Assembly (NCBI GenBank): GCA_902561325.1
Contig: CACEOL010000003.1
Location: forward strand, 15,805-79,804
DNA from: an uncultured SAR86 cluster bacterium
GTDB taxonomy: Bacteria > Pseudomonadota > Gammaproteobacteria > Magnimaribacterales > AG-339-G14
DNA length: 64,000 nt
Direction of reading: 5' to 3'
How positions within the stretch are numbered: position 1 is the first letter of the stretch; every line of letters starts with the position of its first letter. This document shows positions 12,691 through 21,006 of this stretch, one piece after another. A program made the position numbers and the translations under genes. The notes under the pieces are model-generated. The model was given only the letters and a program-made list of their open reading frames with translations, had not been told where the DNA came from and made no database searches.

Positions 12691-13990
12691 AAGCTTTGTC
12701 TATAGCTTGAGAAATATCCGCAATGATATCTTCGGCATTTTCAATACCAATAGATAATCTTACATATCCAGGAGTCACTCCTGCAGATAACTGCTCTTCA
12801 GGAGCAAGCTGACTGTGAGTTGTAGTTGCTGGATGAATTGCAAGAGATCTTGAATCTCCAATATTTGCAACATGATAAAGAAGCTCTAGAGAATCAATAA
12901 ATTTACTTCCAGCTTCTTTTCCACCAGGCAACTCAAAACCAATAAGTGCACCATAACCACCAGTCATATATTTATCTGCTTTTTCTTTTTCAGCTCCTTC
13001 AAAAAGACCAGGATAAGTAACTGATTGCACTTTTTTATTAGAAGCTAAAAATTCAGCAACTTTTTGTGCATTGTTAGCATGTTCGCGCATTCTTAAAGGT
13101 AGCGTCTCTAAGCCTTGAATAAACATCCAAGCATTAAAGGGACTCATTGCTCCACCTAAGTCTCTAAGAAGTGTAGTTCTAAGTTTAAGTAAATATGCAA
13201 AAGGTAAGCCCATGTTTTTAGTTACTTGTTCATCCCAAACAACCCCACCGTAACAAGGGTCAGGAGTATTTAAGGCTGGTTGTCTGTCAGCACCGGCTTT
13301 ACCCCAATCAAAATTACCACCATCAAGAATAAGTCCACCGATGGTTGTTCCATGCCCACCAATATATTTTGTAGTCGAATAAGTTGTAACTGCAGCACCA
13401 TGGTCAAACGGACGACAAAGTACTGGAGCGGCAGTGTTGTCTACAATCAGAGGAATGCCATGCTTTCTGCCTATTTCTGCGACTTCACCAATTGGAAATA
13501 CTTGAAGTTTAGGATTAGGCAGAGTTTCTGCAAAATAAGCCCTAGTTTTATCGTCAGTAGCTTTTTCAAAATTAGCTGGGTCTGTTGGATCAACGAATCT
13601 AACCTCAATTCCCATTTCTTTTAAGTTGTTTTTAAATTGGTTGTATGTTCCTCCATACAAATGTGATGAGGAAACAATGTTGTCCCCTGCTCTAGCAACG
13701 TTTTGAATTGAATATGCTGATGCAGTTTGTCCCGAAGAAACTGCCAGTCCTGCTGCTGCTCCATCTAGAGCTGCCATTCTTTGCTCTAGAACATCACAAG
13801 TTGGGTTCATGATTCGGGTATAAATGTTTCCAAATTCTTGTAAACCAAATAGGCTTGCTGCATGAGCAGTATCGTTAAACTGATAACTTGTAGTTTGGTG
13901 AATGGGAACAGCTACTGAACCAGTAGTTTCATCATTACGCCACCCTGCGTGTAGAGCAATTGTCTCTAAATTTTTTCCTTCATATGCCAT
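12683..13990 (-). CDS. metY: O-acetylhomoserine (thiol)-lyase / sulfhydrylase
   Basis: The ORF runs to 14065, but the family-typical N-terminus is MAYEGKNLETIALHAGW (ATG 13990..13988, with GGAG 7 nt upstream). It is a Cys/Met-metabolism PLP enzyme with STTKYIGGHG (PLP lysine). 435 aa from this start. Confidence 0.9.
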   Translation of the reverse strand: MAYEGKNLETIALHAGWRNDETTGSVAVPIHQTTSYQFNDTAHAASLFGLQEFGNIYTRIMNPTCDVLEQRMAALDGAAAGLAVSSGQTASAYSIQNVARAGDNIVSSSHLYGGTYNQFKNNLKEMGIEVRFVDPTDPANFEKATDDKTRAYFAETLPNPKLQVFPIGEVAEIGRKHGIPLIVDNTAAPVLCRPFDHGAAVTTYSTTKYIGGHGTTIGGLILDGGNFDWGKAGADRQPALNTPDPCYGGVVWDEQVTKNMGLPFAYLLKLRTTLLRDLGGAMSPFNAWMFIQGLETLPLRMREHANNAQKVAEFLASNKKVQSVTYPGLFEGAEKEKADKYMTGGYGALIGFELPGGKEAGSKFIDSLELLYHVANIGDSRSLAIHPATTTHSQLAPEEQLSAGVTPGYVRLSIGIENAEDIIADISQAIDKASK

Positions 13991-14011
13991 GGTTAATCTC
14001 CATAAATTATT

Positions 14012-14044
14012 AAAAAAAACCTGTTTGCTTTCGCTAAACAGGTC
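14012..14044 (-). terminator. intrinsic terminator inside the metY 5' leader (attenuator)
   Basis: On the minus strand: CCTGTTT-AGCGAAAGC-AAACAGG followed by eight U. It ends 21 nt before the metY ATG. No upstream minus-strand gene exists for it to terminate. Confidence 0.6.
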
Positions 14045-14053
14045 AAAAAAAAT

Positions 14054-14114
14054 CCTATTTAGCAAAGTTTATAAAGCGTTTGCAAGTCGGTTAAATCAAC
14101 GCTATAAATGCAAT
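14054..14114 (-). promoter_or_regulatory. candidate riboswitch aptamer / leader structure upstream of metY (possible SAM-II/SAM-V-like)
   Basis: Helix AGCGTT/AACGCT with a 17-nt loop. Loop ATTTA is complementary to tail TAAAT. Tail AAATAGG can alternatively pair with the 5' arm of the terminator. Class assignment is untested. Confidence 0.35.
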
Positions 14115-14146
14115 ATACACAAAATTATCAAAAAAGAGAAAAAAAA

Positions 14147-15007
14147 ATGAAAGATTTTGAAAGTTTAAGAACTTCTATAAAAAGTAAAGTTTTGACAGTC
14201 ATCTTTAATAGACCTGAGAAAATGAATACTTTTTCAGGTCAGATGTTAAAAGATATTTTAGAGCTTCTTGATGAAGCTGAAAAAGACGATGAAATTCGAG
14301 CAGTTATTTTTACAGGTTCTGGGAAAGCTTTTTGTGCTGGAGCAGACCTATCTTCAGGTGAGGATACCTTTGATATGTCTGAAAAAGGAAAGTCTAAAGC
14401 TGAGGTAAAAAGAGATACTGGAGGAATACTTACTCTAAGATTATTTGATTTTAAAAAACCACTGATTGCAGCAATAAATGGAGCAGCTGTAGGTGTAGGA
14501 GTGACCATGACACTTCCCATGGATGTAAGAATTTGTTCTGAGAAGGCTAAATTTGGATTCGTGTTTGCAAAGAGAGGTATCGTTCCTGAGGCTTGTTCAA
14601 GTTGGTTCCTCCCTAAAATCGTAGGTATTTCTAATGCTCTTCAATGGTGTTTGTCTGGAAAAATATTTATGCCTCAAGAAGCTCTAGATAAAGGATTAGT
14701 TACCGAAGTTACTTCCGAAGATAAATTACTAGAAAGAGCCGAAGAAATAGCAGCAGATTTTGTAGAAGCCACATCTAGCCTTTCGGTAACTCTTATCAGG
14801 CAAATGTTATGGAAAATGTTAGGAGCTGATCATCCAATGGAAGCACATAAAATTGACTCTCGAGGAGTTTATTCGCTAGGTAAAACCGGTGAAGCAAGTG
14901 AAGGCGTAATGTCCTTCTTAGAAAAGAGAGAACCAAACTTTCCTGGAAAAGTTAGCAAAGATTTGCCTGAATTCTATCCATGGTGGAAAGACAAAGAATT
15001 TAAATAA
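14147..15007 (+). CDS. enoyl-CoA hydratase/isomerase (crotonase) family protein
   Basis: Crotonase motif FTGSGKAFCAGADL. The ORF opens at 14108, but ATG 14147 (MKDFESLRT..VLTVIFNRPEKMN) gives the usual N-terminal spacing. 286 aa. Confidence 0.85.
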   Translation: MKDFESLRTSIKSKVLTVIFNRPEKMNTFSGQMLKDILELLDEAEKDDEIRAVIFTGSGKAFCAGADLSSGEDTFDMSEKGKSKAEVKRDTGGILTLRLFDFKKPLIAAINGAAVGVGVTMTLPMDVRICSEKAKFGFVFAKRGIVPEACSSWFLPKIVGISNALQWCLSGKIFMPQEALDKGLVTEVTSEDKLLERAEEIAADFVEATSSLSVTLIRQMLWKMLGADHPMEAHKIDSRGVYSLGKTGEASEGVMSFLEKREPNFPGKVSKDLPEFYPWWKDKEFK

Positions 15008-16545
15008 TGTCCTGGAAAAAAGAGATTTCTCAAATAAAGCTCAGGGAAAAGCTAGCTAAACAACAAGGCGGTCCTGAAGCGGTGAAATTGCAACATAATA
15101 AAGGGCGTCTTACTTTGCGCGAAAGAATAGATCTTTTGCTTGATAAGGAATCTTTTGAGGAGATTGGAAAAGTTGCTGGAGGAGCTGAATACGACGATGA
15201 AGGAAATCTTACATCTCTCACCCCTGCAAATTTTATTTTAGGCTTTGGAAAAATTGATGGGCAAGACGTAATTGTTGGTGGTGAAGATTTTACAGTGAAA
15301 GGTGGATCTCCCAATGCTGCAGGTTTAAGAAAAAGTGTTTACACAGAAGATTTAGCAGTTAAACATAAATTTCCTTTAGTCAGACTTCATGAGGGTGGCG
15401 GAGGCTCAGTTGCTGGACCAAGTAAAGAAAAAAAAGGTTATGGCGGAGATCCAGTTTTTGCTAGATCAAGATTTAAATCCGTTGCACAAACTTTAAAAGA
15501 AGTACCAGTAGTTTCTGCTGCCTTAGGTCCTGTAGCAGGATTGCCAGCTTCTCGTTTTGTAGGTTCTCACTTTAGAATAATGGTCAAAGATAATGCTCAA
15601 ATTTTAGTTGCAGGTCCTGCAGTAGTCTCCAGAGCTTTTGGTAAAGATTTTACAAAAGAGGAGTTAGGCGGTTCAGATGTTCATAAAAAAAATGGCGTAA
15701 CAGACAATATTGCTGAATCTGAAGAGGACGCTTTTAATCAAATTAAAAAATTTCTATCTTTCTTTCCAGCAAATATTTATGAACTTCCACCAAAGAAAGA
15801 TTCAAAAGATGACATTAGCAGATCGGAAAAACTTCTTGAAGAAATCATTCCCAAGGATAGAAAAAAAACCTATGAAATGAGAGAGATAATCAAATTGGTA
15901 GTTGACCAAAAAGATTTCTTCGAAATGTCTAATTTTTTTGGTAGAGGTATTATTACAGGATTTGCTCGCCTTAATGGCTTTTCAGTAGGTATTTTTGCAA
16001 ATGATAGTAATTTTTATGCCGGATCAATGACTGCTGATAATGCAAAAAAAACTACTCGTTTCATAAAACTATGCGATCAATTTAACATTCCAGTCCTAAC
16101 AATTGTTGACGAACCAGGTTTCTTAATAGGTAAAAAAGCTGAAGAAGACGCAACTATACTTCATGGAACAGAAGCAGTTTTGGCTGCTGCAGATTCGTCT
16201 ATTCCATGGTGTACTCTTATGGTAAGAAAATCCTTCGGAGTTGCTGCTGCAGCCCACTTCGGAGAAGATCCTTATGTATTAGCTTGGCCCTCTTCTGAAG
16301 CAGGTGCTCTACCTTTGGAAGGAGGAGTTGCTGTCGCCTTTGGAAAAGAAATTGCAAAAGCAAAAAATCCAGAAAAGAAGAGGAAGGAAATAGAGGAAAA
16401 ATTAGCAAAGTCTCAAAGCCCTTTCCCAAGAGCAGAAGCTTTTTCGGTGCATGAAATTATTGACCCGAAAGACACAAGGCAGTATCTTTGCTCATGGATT
16501 ACTAGAGTCCAAAAAAGTTTAGAAGTAAAATTACTAGATAAATAA
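15007..16545 (+). CDS. acyl-CoA carboxylase carboxyltransferase (beta) subunit family protein
   Basis: 512 aa with the two-lobed carboxyltransferase architecture typical of the PccB/MccB family. Has a 1-nt overlap (TAATG) with the hydratase gene. Confidence 0.8.
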   Translation: MSWKKEISQIKLREKLAKQQGGPEAVKLQHNKGRLTLRERIDLLLDKESFEEIGKVAGGAEYDDEGNLTSLTPANFILGFGKIDGQDVIVGGEDFTVKGGSPNAAGLRKSVYTEDLAVKHKFPLVRLHEGGGGSVAGPSKEKKGYGGDPVFARSRFKSVAQTLKEVPVVSAALGPVAGLPASRFVGSHFRIMVKDNAQILVAGPAVVSRAFGKDFTKEELGGSDVHKKNGVTDNIAESEEDAFNQIKKFLSFFPANIYELPPKKDSKDDISRSEKLLEEIIPKDRKKTYEMREIIKLVVDQKDFFEMSNFFGRGIITGFARLNGFSVGIFANDSNFYAGSMTADNAKKTTRFIKLCDQFNIPVLTIVDEPGFLIGKKAEEDATILHGTEAVLAAADSSIPWCTLMVRKSFGVAAAAHFGEDPYVLAWPSSEAGALPLEGGVAVAFGKEIAKAKNPEKKRKEIEEKLAKSQSPFPRAEAFSVHEIIDPKDTRQYLCSWITRVQKSLEVKLLDK

Positions 16546-16564
16546 ATAAATAAAGAGGATAAAT

Positions 16565-17998
16565 ATGAAAGTTTGTGAAGAGTTTTATATAAATGGTAAA
16601 TGGGTAAAACCCGTTAATGACTTAAAAACTTTAGATGTTATTAACCCTGCTACAGAAGAAGTCTTTGGAAGAATTGCATTAGGTGATAAAGATGACGTTG
16701 ATGCTGCAGTAAATGCTGCATATGCAGCTTTTGAAAGCTTTGGTTACAGTTCAGTCGATGAAAGAGTAAGCTTACTTGAAAAAATATTAGAAGTTTATCA
16801 GGGTAAATATGACGAAATTGCAGAAACAATTTCTTCTGAAATGGGTGCTCCGATAGGTTTATCTAAGGCTGCTCAAGCAGCTACCGGTCTTGGTCATTTT
16901 AGTACGGCTTTAGAAACTCTTAAAAATTATAAATTTGAAGAAGTTAAAGGTTCTGCCCTTATTAGAAAAGAGCCTATTGGCGTGGTTGGAATGATTACTC
17001 CTTGGAATTGGCCTATAAATCAAATTTCTTGCAAAGTCGGACCTGCTCTTGCAGCTGGCTGCACTATGGTTCTAAAACCAACTGAAATTGCTCCATTTAA
17101 TGCGATTCTCTTGGCTGAAGTTCTACATGAAGCAGGAGTTCCTAAAGGAGTGTTTAATTTAGTTAATGGTGACGGACCTTCTGTTGGTGAAGCAATGTCT
17201 GCTCATCCTAAAATAGATATGATGTCTTTCACAGGTTCTACAAGAGCTGGAGTAGCAGTTGCAAAAGGTTCTGCAGATACCGTTAAAAGAGTGCATCAAG
17301 AATTGGGTGGAAAATCAGCGAATATTATTTTAGACGATGCAGATTTTGGAAAAGCTGTTACAAAGGGTACAGCGCATATGTTTAATAATACTGGGCAGTC
17401 ATGTAACGCCCCTTCAAGGATGCTTGTTCCTGTCTCTAGACAAGATGAAGCTAAAGAAGCTGCAAAAGCAGTTGCTGAAGGAATAGTTGTTGGAGATCCT
17501 TCTGATGAGTCAACTAATATGGGACCTGTTGTGAGCGATGTTCAATTTAATAAAATTCAAGGTCTTATCGAAAAAGGTGTTGAAGAAGGAGCTGAAGTAG
17601 TAGTTGGAGGACCTGGGAAGCCAGAAGGCTTAAATCAAGGCTATTATGTTAAACCAACTGTGTTTGCAAATGTTTCCAATGATATGACCATAGCTAGAGA
17701 AGAAATTTTTGGACCTGTTTTATGCATTATTCCTTACAAAGATGAAGATGATGCCATTAGGATTGCAAACGACACTCCTTACGGATTATCTGGTTACGTA
17801 TCTTCTGAAGATCCTGAGCATGCTTTAAGCGTAGCTAGAAGGATAAGAAGTGGAAATGTTCATATTAATAACAAGCCTACAGGAATTGATGCTCCCTTTG
17901 GTGGCTTCAAGCAATCTGGAAATGGTAGAGAATGGGGAGAATTTGGCTTTGAAGAGTTTTTAGAAATAAAAGCTGTAATGGGCTACGCCTCAAAATAA
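16565..17998 (+). CDS. NAD(P)-dependent aldehyde dehydrogenase
   Basis: 477 aa. ELGGKSA and the catalytic-Cys motif FNNTGQSCNAPSR. Confidence 0.92.
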   Translation: MKVCEEFYINGKWVKPVNDLKTLDVINPATEEVFGRIALGDKDDVDAAVNAAYAAFESFGYSSVDERVSLLEKILEVYQGKYDEIAETISSEMGAPIGLSKAAQAATGLGHFSTALETLKNYKFEEVKGSALIRKEPIGVVGMITPWNWPINQISCKVGPALAAGCTMVLKPTEIAPFNAILLAEVLHEAGVPKGVFNLVNGDGPSVGEAMSAHPKIDMMSFTGSTRAGVAVAKGSADTVKRVHQELGGKSANIILDDADFGKAVTKGTAHMFNNTGQSCNAPSRMLVPVSRQDEAKEAAKAVAEGIVVGDPSDESTNMGPVVSDVQFNKIQGLIEKGVEEGAEVVVGGPGKPEGLNQGYYVKPTVFANVSNDMTIAREEIFGPVLCIIPYKDEDDAIRIANDTPYGLSGYVSSEDPEHALSVARRIRSGNVHINNKPTGIDAPFGGFKQSGNGREWGEFGFEEFLEIKAVMGYASK

Positions 17999-18014
17999 CC
18001 TTCTAAAAAATAAA

Positions 18015-18983
18015 ATGACTATCTTGGTAACCGGCGGAGCTGGTTACATTGGTAGTCATTATGTAAGACTCTTAGAAAGAAAAGGTATTGACTTTGTCAT
18101 CGTAGATAATTTTTCAACAGGTCACAAAAAATTTGTACAAAATAAAAAATTTTATGAGCTTGATCTCAAAGATTTTGATGAAATAAGAGAAAAACTTAGA
18201 GATTTAGACATCACATCAATAGTTCATTTTGCTGGATTATCGATTGTTTCAGATTCTCAAAAAATGGAAAAAGAATATTATGAAAATAATGTTCTAGCTT
18301 CTAAAAACTTAGCAATCTTTGCAGTAGAAAAAGAAATAAGAAAATTTATTTTTTCTTCCTCTGCATCGGTGTATGGTATTCCTGAACAAATTCCTATTAA
18401 AGAAACCCATCCCACAAGACCTATAAACAATTATGGTAAAAATAAATTGGAAGTTGAAAATATGTTGAAAGAATTATCTATGGAATATCCTCTTGATGTT
18501 GTTTGCTTGAGATATTTTAATGCCGCAGGTGCAGATGAAGATGGAGATATAGGAGAAGAGCGAAATCCTGAAACACATCTTATACCTAATATTATCAAAT
18601 CCGTTTTGAACTCAAATGAATTTATTGTTCATGGTGATACATATGATACAGATGATGGAACTTGTATTAGAGACTATGTGCATGTAAATGATTTGGCAAG
18701 TGCCCATTTATCGTCACTAAAATTTTTGGATTCTAATAAAGGATTTCATATTTTTAATCTTGGTTCTGAAAGAGGTTTTTCTGTAACGGAAGTGATAAAT
18801 GAATGTCAGAAATTAATGAAAACTAAAATAAAATTTAAAATTGGTGATAAAAGAGATGGTGATCCAGATATATTAATTGCAGACAATAAAAAATCAGTTA
18901 GTAAATTAAATTGGAAATTAGAAAAGCATACTTTAAGAGCTATAATCTCATCTGCAATTGATTATCACAAAAATGCTCTCTAA
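18015..18983 (+). CDS. galE: UDP-glucose 4-epimerase
   Basis: 322 aa. Rossmann motif GGAGYIGSH, SSSASVYG and the YGKNK (YxxxK) catalytic motif. Confidence 0.9.
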   Translation: MTILVTGGAGYIGSHYVRLLERKGIDFVIVDNFSTGHKKFVQNKKFYELDLKDFDEIREKLRDLDITSIVHFAGLSIVSDSQKMEKEYYENNVLASKNLAIFAVEKEIRKFIFSSSASVYGIPEQIPIKETHPTRPINNYGKNKLEVENMLKELSMEYPLDVVCLRYFNAAGADEDGDIGEERNPETHLIPNIIKSVLNSNEFIVHGDTYDTDDGTCIRDYVHVNDLASAHLSSLKFLDSNKGFHIFNLGSERGFSVTEVINECQKLMKTKIKFKIGDKRDGDPDILIADNKKSVSKLNWKLEKHTLRAIISSAIDYHKNAL

Positions 18984-20421
18984 ATCAGTACTTAAATTTT
19001 TCTTTTTTGGAATTTTCTCTTTGCAGATTTTTTCTGATCCATGGCTTTCTGGAAAAAATGAATTTGAAGTAAAAAAATTAGAGTATTTTTCAATTAAAAA
19101 CCAATTCTCTATTGACTCATCTGCCTATCCCATCCCCTTAGCATTAGTAAGGAATCCCAATGAAGATATGTTCAATAATATGTCATTGATGAATGAGTAT
19201 ATTGATGTTGCAGATAAAATTATTCAAAGAGAGTCTAAAAAGTTCATCAATGAAATTGGGTTTTCTTCAAACTCAGAATTCAATCCATTTAGATTTATAG
19301 ATAGTAAATTTAAAGATAAAAATTCTTTCTTTTTTTCCTCTTCCTATTTAGGAGAAAGGTTTGCGTCAAAGATTTCAATTACAACTTTCGAAAGTCCTTA
19401 TGAAGAGAAAAAATATGATTTTAGTGATTCCTATTTTGCTTTAGTTTCTGGAAATTTTATTTTAGGAATCGGAAACTATGACAGATGGTGGGGTCCTTCT
19501 CATCATGCAAGCTTAATTCTTTCAAATTATTCGAAATCTTCACCTGGGTTATTTATTAGATCGCTTGAGGGATTTACTTCTACCCTGCCTTTGATTAGAA
19601 GTTTAGGAAAATTAAATTTCTCGTTTTTTGCTAATCAATTAGAAAGTAATAGAGCAATTAAAAATCCTTTTTTAATTTCTGGAAGATTATCTTTTAATCC
19701 AGTGAGTGGCCTTACTATTGGTCTGACAAGATCAATAATGTTTGGCGGTGATGGCAAGGATAATAGCTTTAAAGCTCTTTGGGACTCTATAAGGGGTGAT
19801 GCATCAACAATGCAAGGTAACTCGGATGTAAATATAGATAATGAATTAGCTGGGTTTGATATGAAATATAGTTTCAATGTTAAGAATTTAGTGTGGAGTT
19901 TTTACGGTCAATATATTGGTGAAGATGGAACAGACTATTGGCCTTGGCGAACCTTTTATTTAGCTGGAACAGAATTTATCTTTCTAAAAGATGGCAAGTT
20001 AAATAGCGTTGTAATTGAATATATTGATACCTATTACAATGGTCAAGATACTGGAACCAATGTAATTTATGAACATAGCTCCTATGTAAGTGGATACAGA
20101 TACAAAGGAAGTCCTTTAGGAGCATTTATTGATGGTGACTCTAATTATATGCATTTGTCTGTTAATAGCGAAATTAATAACATTTCAAATATTGAATTTT
20201 CAATATTCTATGGAAATTTAAATAAAGATAGTAGCGGCGTCGTAAATTCTTGGGGAACAACAAATGAGGATTTTTTTGGAATTATTTTAAACTTTGATTT
20301 CAATATCAATTCTAAAATTGATATTGGATTCAACATGACCAGCCTTAGCGAATCTCTTTCATACAGAGGAAAAATTCTAGATAAAAATATTTTAGGTATA
20401 GATTTTAAGTATCGTTTTTAA
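18958..20421 (+). CDS. wzi: Wzi-family capsule-assembly outer-membrane protein
   Basis: 487 aa with a signal peptide. DRWWGPSHHASLILSNYSKSSPG resembles the conserved Wzi motif, and the sequence ends in ..FKYRF (beta-barrel-like terminal Phe). The start may instead be the ATG at 18973. Confidence 0.65.
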   Translation: MIITKMLSKSVLKFFFFGIFSLQIFSDPWLSGKNEFEVKKLEYFSIKNQFSIDSSAYPIPLALVRNPNEDMFNNMSLMNEYIDVADKIIQRESKKFINEIGFSSNSEFNPFRFIDSKFKDKNSFFFSSSYLGERFASKISITTFESPYEEKKYDFSDSYFALVSGNFILGIGNYDRWWGPSHHASLILSNYSKSSPGLFIRSLEGFTSTLPLIRSLGKLNFSFFANQLESNRAIKNPFLISGRLSFNPVSGLTIGLTRSIMFGGDGKDNSFKALWDSIRGDASTMQGNSDVNIDNELAGFDMKYSFNVKNLVWSFYGQYIGEDGTDYWPWRTFYLAGTEFIFLKDGKLNSVVIEYIDTYYNGQDTGTNVIYEHSSYVSGYRYKGSPLGAFIDGDSNYMHLSVNSEINNISNIEFSIFYGNLNKDSSGVVNSWGTTNEDFFGIILNFDFNINSKIDIGFNMTSLSESLSYRGKILDKNILGIDFKYRF

Positions 20422-20687
20422 CGACCTATTTTGCCTTGTCTGTCGCATCTATGACGACCAACCTTAAAATTTCTAATTGATCCATGCTTGGTCTTTCTTC
20501 CATTAACTCTTTTTCTCCAGAGTCTGAAGCTAGAGGGCTTTAAATTATTCCTCATAATAGTTATGAGCTCTCCATGATTTATTGCGAATTCTTTTTCTAT
20601 AACCTCAAAAGGAGTTCTATCTTCCCATGCCATTTCAATTATTCTATTGGTACTTTCTAAATCAATGTTTTCTAAGGCTTTCTTCAT
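20418..20687 (-). CDS. TIGR03643/DUF2805-family small basic protein
   Basis: 89 aa. RIIEMAWEDRTPFEVIEKEF...LWRKRVNGRKTKH matches the conserved core of that family as I recall it. Its stop interlocks with the wzi stop at TTAA. Confidence 0.65.
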   Translation of the reverse strand: MKKALENIDLESTNRIIEMAWEDRTPFEVIEKEFAINHGELITIMRNNLKPSSFRLWRKRVNGRKTKHGSIRNFKVGRHRCDRQGKIGR

Positions 20688-20949
20688 TAATGTCCCAATG
20701 TGAAATTATCTTTTGATTATCTTCAATCCATCTTTCGAGCTGGAGAATCACGTAATCCTGGCCCATAACAAGGTCAAAATTTTCTTGAGGCATTAAGTCT
20801 TTTTCTTTTGACATTAATTCAGCTAATGCCAACAAATTTTCTGTCTGTTCTTCGTATTCTACAAGCATAGGATTCTTTTTATCTTTGAAAGCATTTTGAA
20901 TTTCATCAAGAAGAGCAGTTTTAAGTTCTTGTAATTCAAAAGCATCCAT
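20662..20949 (-). CDS. hypothetical small acidic protein
   Basis: 95-aa Glu/Asp-rich ORF with no family I recognise. Overlaps the downstream DUF2805 gene by 26 nt. Confidence 0.45.
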   Translation of the reverse strand: MDAFELQELKTALLDEIQNAFKDKKNPMLVEYEEQTENLLALAELMSKEKDLMPQENFDLVMGQDYVILQLERWIEDNQKIISHWDINEESLRKH

Positions 20950-21006
20950 TACTTATTATAAAAAAAGAATACTCAGAAAATTTAAAGATTTTAATTAATT
21001 TATAAA

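Noticed and set aside
13991-14065. A 25-codon N-terminal extension of the metY ORF (MLNRIFFDLFSESKQVFFNNLWRLT).
   Set aside because: The family-typical N-terminus and a GGAG RBS fit ATG 13990. The extension would run through the terminator hairpin and U8 tract.
14080-14113. An alternative pseudoknot in the metY leader uses TTGCA (14113-14109) with TGCAA (14084-14080) together with the AGCGTT/AACGCT helix.
   Set aside because: The two helices would be joined by a zero-length crossing loop and share a nucleotide, which is sterically implausible. At best it is an alternative conformer.
14108-14146. An upstream ATG extends the enoyl-CoA hydratase ORF by 13 codons (MQYTQNYQKREKK).
   Set aside because: The extension is a low-complexity, A-rich stretch. 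The ATG at 14147 gives canonical crotonase N-terminal spacing. This remains uncertain because neither start has a strong RBS.
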